DNA of 32,000 nt from Thermosulfurimonas dismutans (GTDB lineage: Bacteria > Desulfobacterota > Thermodesulfobacteria > Thermodesulfobacteriales > Thermodesulfobacteriaceae): positions 374,895-406,894 of the forward strand of contig NZ_LWLG01000001.1 of the NCBI RefSeq assembly GCF_001652585.1. Reading direction: 5' to 3'. Under the pieces are notes generated by a model. That model was not told the DNA's origin. It did no database searches and saw only the letters and a program-made list of their open reading frames with translations. Positions 28,713 to 32,000 of the stretch are shown here, one piece after another; the stretch's first letter is position 1, and the number at the start of each line of letters is the position of its first letter. The position numbers were made by a program, and so were the translations under genes.

Positions 28713-30518
28713 TCAACCGGAAAGTTCCTTGAGACGGGTTATGAGTTCTTCGGCCACCTTACGGTTAAATCCCGGCAGACTTGCTATTTCCGAAGCCCCG
28801 GCGGCCAGAATTTCCTCCGGCGAGGCAAATTGGGATAGAAGTACCCTTTTGCGTTTCTCGCCGATCCCTGGGATTCCGTCAAGGAAAGAGGAAAGGGCTC
28901 TCTTTTCCCGGGTCTTACGGTGAAAGGAGAGCACGAATCGGTGGACCTCATCCCTTACGCGCATTAGAAACCTCAGAACTTCTCCGTGCTTGGAAAGTTT
29001 TAGAGGATTTTTTCTTCCGGGGATGTAAACTTTCTCGCCCTCTTCCTCTCTTTCCTTGGCGATGGCACAAAGCCCGATCTTTTCGGAAAGCCCTAGTTCT
29101 TCGAGGACTCTCCTTCCGGTTTCGAGATGCCCTTTCCCGCCGTCTATGAGTAGGAGGTCCGGAAGATCTTTTTCAGCGAGGCCTTTCTGGATTCGACGGA
29201 AGAGCACCTCGTAGAGCATAGCATAGTCATCAGGAGTTCCTGAGACGGTGCGAATATGATACCGTCGGTACCGACTTTTGTCGGGCTCCCCTTCAAAGAA
29301 GCTCACTATGGCCCCTACCGGAGCTGTACCCTGAAGACTGGAGAGATCCACGCCCTCAATCCTTACGGGTATAACCGGCAGTCGTAGTACGGTTGCCAGC
29401 TCCTCTGCGAGCTCGTCCCAGGTCTTTTCCCCTTTGAGCCTTGCTCTTAGGGCCTCTTCGGCGTTCCTTTGGGCGGTCTCGTAAAGCCCGGTGAGGATCT
29501 TGTCCTGAGGCCTTACAATTTCTACAGGCCCTCCCCTCAGCTCCGAAAGCCACTCCTCAAGGAGTTTCCTTTCGGCTGGGATTTCGGGAAGCACCACCGT
29601 TTCCGGTATGAGTTTACCTTCATCGTAAAACTGTTTAAGCAGGTTTTCCCAGGGGTCCTCTTCGGTGCTTCCGCGCAAATGGAATACTTTATGGCCTATA
29701 AGTTTTCCGTGACGCACGAAGAGGACCGCTCCGGAAATTTTTTCATTTTTCTGAGCTAGAGCAAAGACATCTAGGTCTCTTTCCTCTGGTAGTACTGCGG
29801 CCTGGGTCTCGAGGATCTTCTCTAGAGCACGGAGGCGGTCTCTCAGAACTGCGGCCCGTTCGAACTCGAGGTTTTCGGCGGCGGCCTCCATGTCAGTCCG
29901 CAGTTTTTGCAAAAGGTCTCTGCTTCGGCCTTCAAGGAAGGCTACCGCTTCCTCTACGATCTGTCGATACTTCGCAGGCGAGATAAAGCCCACGCAGGGG
30001 GCCAGACACTTTCCAATTTGATAGTAAAGACAGGGACGGGTGCGACGGTTCATTTCAGCGTTGGAACAACGTCTTAGAGGGAAGAATCTAGTGAGGATCT
30101 TTACGGTCTCGCGCACCGCTCTGGAGGAGGGATAGGGACCGAAATAAAGGGCCTGGTCTCCTTTTCGTTTGCGACGCACTACCATAAGACGCGGAAATTT
30201 GTCCTTGAGGGAGATACGTATTAGGGGATAAGCCTTGTCGTCGCGCAAGACTATGTTGTAACGAGGTCGATGTTTCTTGATAAGGTTGGCTTCAAGGATT
30301 AAGGCTTCCTTTTCGTTTCGAGTTAGAATGGTCTCAAGGGTCTTGGCCCGAAGCAAGAGGTTTTGGGTTTTAGGGGTGTTTGGGGTGAGGTATGAAGACA
30401 ACCTTCGTCTCAGGTTTTTGGCCTTGCCCACATAGAGCACTACTCCACGTCCGTCTTTAAATAGATAAACACCGGGAGCCTCGGGAATCTTCCTTAACTT
30501 TTCAGGCGTGAGATCCAT
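28713..30518 (-). CDS. uvrC: Excinuclease ABC subunit C
   Basis: 601 aa. GIY-YIG region GVYLFKD...VLYVGKAKNLRRRLSSY. UVR domain LEFERAAVLRDRLRALE. C-terminal (HhH)2 region LDGIPGIGEKRKRVLLSQF. Confidence 0.95.
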   Translation of the reverse strand: MDLTPEKLRKIPEAPGVYLFKDGRGVVLYVGKAKNLRRRLSSYLTPNTPKTQNLLLRAKTLETILTRNEKEALILEANLIKKHRPRYNIVLRDDKAYPLIRISLKDKFPRLMVVRRKRKGDQALYFGPYPSSRAVRETVKILTRFFPLRRCSNAEMNRRTRPCLYYQIGKCLAPCVGFISPAKYRQIVEEAVAFLEGRSRDLLQKLRTDMEAAAENLEFERAAVLRDRLRALEKILETQAAVLPEERDLDVFALAQKNEKISGAVLFVRHGKLIGHKVFHLRGSTEEDPWENLLKQFYDEGKLIPETVVLPEIPAERKLLEEWLSELRGGPVEIVRPQDKILTGLYETAQRNAEEALRARLKGEKTWDELAEELATVLRLPVIPVRIEGVDLSSLQGTAPVGAIVSFFEGEPDKSRYRRYHIRTVSGTPDDYAMLYEVLFRRIQKGLAEKDLPDLLLIDGGKGHLETGRRVLEELGLSEKIGLCAIAKEREEEGEKVYIPGRKNPLKLSKHGEVLRFLMRVRDEVHRFVLSFHRKTREKRALSSFLDGIPGIGEKRKRVLLSQFASPEEILAAGASEIASLPGFNRKVAEELITRLKELSG

Positions 30519-30981
30519 CTTTAAGAACCGCGGTGGCCCAGGCAGCCACGGCTTCTCCGCCCCAGAATCCTAGGCCTTCAGTGGTTTTGGCTTTAAGGCC
30601 AACGCGATCACGGGGGATCTTAAGCCACCGGGAGAGATTGGCCTGCATGGCCTCACGATAGGGAGCAATTTTAGGCTGATCTAGAACCAATACCAGATCT
30701 ACCTGGTAAACATAGAGGCCTTTTTCGCCAATGAGTCGCAGGGCCTCTTTTAGAAAAATTTTACTGGCCGCCCCTTTGAAACGAGGATCGTCATCTGGAA
30801 AAAGGATCCCAATATCGGGAAGCCCCGCGGCTCCCAGAATGGCGTCCGTCAAGGCGTGGAGGGCCGCGTCTGCGTCCGAGTGTCCGAGAAGGCCTTTTTC
30901 ATAGGGTATCTCCACTCCGCATAAAATTAGTCTGCGGTCTTTTGTGAACCGATGGAGATCAAACCCTATTCCCACCCGCAT
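30502..30981 (-). CDS. ispF: 2-C-methyl-D-erythritol 2,4-cyclodiphosphate synthase
   Basis: 159 aa. Contains MRVGIGFDLHRF and GHSDADAALHALTDAILGA. Overlaps the uvrC start by 17 bp. Confidence 0.95.
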   Translation of the reverse strand: MRVGIGFDLHRFTKDRRLILCGVEIPYEKGLLGHSDADAALHALTDAILGAAGLPDIGILFPDDDPRFKGAASKIFLKEALRLIGEKGLYVYQVDLVLVLDQPKIAPYREAMQANLSRWLKIPRDRVGLKAKTTEGLGFWGGEAVAAWATAVLKDGSHA

Positions 30982-30994
30982 AACTTATTCCTCA

Positions 30995-31013
30995 TTTGTC
31001 AATTGTTTGTCAA
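30995..31013. promoter_or_regulatory. Direct repeat TTTGTCAA-N3-TTTGTCAA in the ispF / EAL-HDOD divergent promoter region
   Basis: Exact 8-mers at 30995-31002 and 31006-31013 (11-bp period). The second copy contains TTGTCA, a possible -35, with TATACC about 16 nt downstream. Confidence 0.4.
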
Positions 31014-31054
31014 AATTTCTATTTATACTATACCCAAAAGGGATCTTGGCTGGA

Positions 31055-32000
31055 ATGTGTATTCGATATTATGTGGCTAGACAGCCCATTTTAGATGACA
31101 AAGGCCGAACTTTTGGTTACGAGCTCCTCTACCGGGATGATCTGGAAAACATTTTTAAATGCATTGGCACAGAGGAAGATCGGGCTTCTTGGAAAGTTCT
31201 AGCCCATACTTTTCTTGACTTCGGCCTGAATACCCTGGCCTTTAATAAAAGGGTATTCATAAACTTTACGGCCAAGCTTTTACGGGAAGGGGTTCCCTTT
31301 TTATTGCCTCCTCATAAATTGATGATTGAAATCTTGGAGAGGATAGAGGACCCTAACGAGATCCTCCAGGCGTGTAAAAGGCTCAAAGAAGAGGGGTACT
31401 CTCTGGTTTTGGATGACTACCGCCTGGATTCTCCCCTAGAAGTTCTTATTCCTTTCGTGGATTACATAAAAGTAGATTTTAGAAACACCCCTTGGTCCGA
31501 AATAGAAGTTATTGTAGATAAATATCGAACAGACTTAAAACTCATTGCGGAGAAAATTGAAACCCAGGAGGAGTTTGAAAAGGCCCGTGATTTGAATTTC
31601 AAGTATTTTCAAGGTTTCTTTTTTGCACGTCCTAAAATTATTACAGCTAAAGAAATTCCTGTTTTTAAGAGGCATTATATAAAACTTATGAGTCTCCTTC
31701 ATTCCCCAGACTTAGACTTGAATGAACTGGTGAATATAGTCAATTCCGAACCCTCGTTGGCTTTAAAGCTCTTAAGATATATCAACTCGGCCTTTTTTGG
31801 TTTCCCTACCAAGATCAAGTCCGTAAAACACGCGGTTCTCCTGCTAGGGTTGATGGGGCTTAAAAAATGGGGATCGTTGATCTCCATGGTTTGTCTAGCA
31901 GAGGATCGACCCTCAGAACTTGTAATCCTTGCCATAATAAGAGCTAGATTTATGGAGCTCCTGGCCCAGGAATGCGGTTTAGGAGACCGGGCTGAAAATG
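31055..32000 (+). CDS. EAL-like (ELL variant) plus HDOD domain signal-transduction protein (COG3434 / YuxH-type putative c-di-GMP phosphodiesterase); 3' end outside the window
   Basis: Not in the supplied ORF track because there is no stop within the window. My translation from the ATG at 31055 is open for 315 codons. It reads MCIRYYVARQPILDDKGRTFGYELLYRDD...VFINFTA...MIEILER...LVLDDYR...IKVDF...IAEKIET...YFQGFFFARP, then the HDOD-like LVNIVNSEPSLALKLLRYINSAFFGFPTKIKSVKHAVLLLGLMGLKKW. Confidence 0.85.
   Translation, partial: MCIRYYVARQPILDDKGRTFGYELLYRDDLENIFKCIGTEEDRASWKVLAHTFLDFGLNTLAFNKRVFINFTAKLLREGVPFLLPPHKLMIEILERIEDPNEILQACKRLKEEGYSLVLDDYRLDSPLEVLIPFVDYIKVDFRNTPWSEIEVIVDKYRTDLKLIAEKIETQEEFEKARDLNFKYFQGFFFARPKIITAKEIPVFKRHYIKLMSLLHSPDLDLNELVNIVNSEPSLALKLLRYINSAFFGFPTKIKSVKHAVLLLGLMGLKKWGSLISMVCLAEDRPSELVILAIIRARFMELLAQECGLGDRAEN

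Overview
This is a very gene-dense (roughly 95% coding) chromosomal segment made almost entirely of core housekeeping genes. In map order they are: speE (5' truncated), sbcC, a chemoreceptor gene, sbcD, argH, pyrC, pyrB, dnaE, glyS, glyQ, a small secreted hypothetical, a TrmJ-like SPOUT methyltransferase, an RlmD/RumA-like methyltransferase, a CheX-like protein, mdh, an outer-membrane porin, a cold-shock protein, proB, obg, rex, mtnA, gatB, uvrC, ispF, and an EAL-HDOD gene that runs off the right edge and is missing from the supplied ORF track. I found no rRNA, tRNA, CRISPR array, transposase, integrase or phage genes, and no recognisable defence island. Genes are packed with 4-20 bp overlaps, including three convergent 3'-end overlaps. 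E/K/R/L-rich proteins and a hemerythrin chemoreceptor suggest a thermophilic anaerobe, possibly a sulfate-reducer-like lineage; this is weak inference only. I could not identify a coherent multi-gene system that looks novel. The most unusual element is a membrane-anchored chemoreceptor carrying both a CZB zinc-binding motif and a complete diiron hemerythrin domain after the signalling domain. It has an internal Shine-Dalgarno plus ATG exactly at the hemerythrin boundary, and it sits on the opposite strand between sbcD and sbcC. Secondary curiosities are a Rex repressor with a GxNxxG nucleotide-binding fingerprint buried in a seven-gene housekeeping array, a CheX-like gene translationally linked to mdh followed by a coiled-coil porin, a 52-codon ORF ATGA-coupled to pyrB, and short direct repeats in two leader regions.
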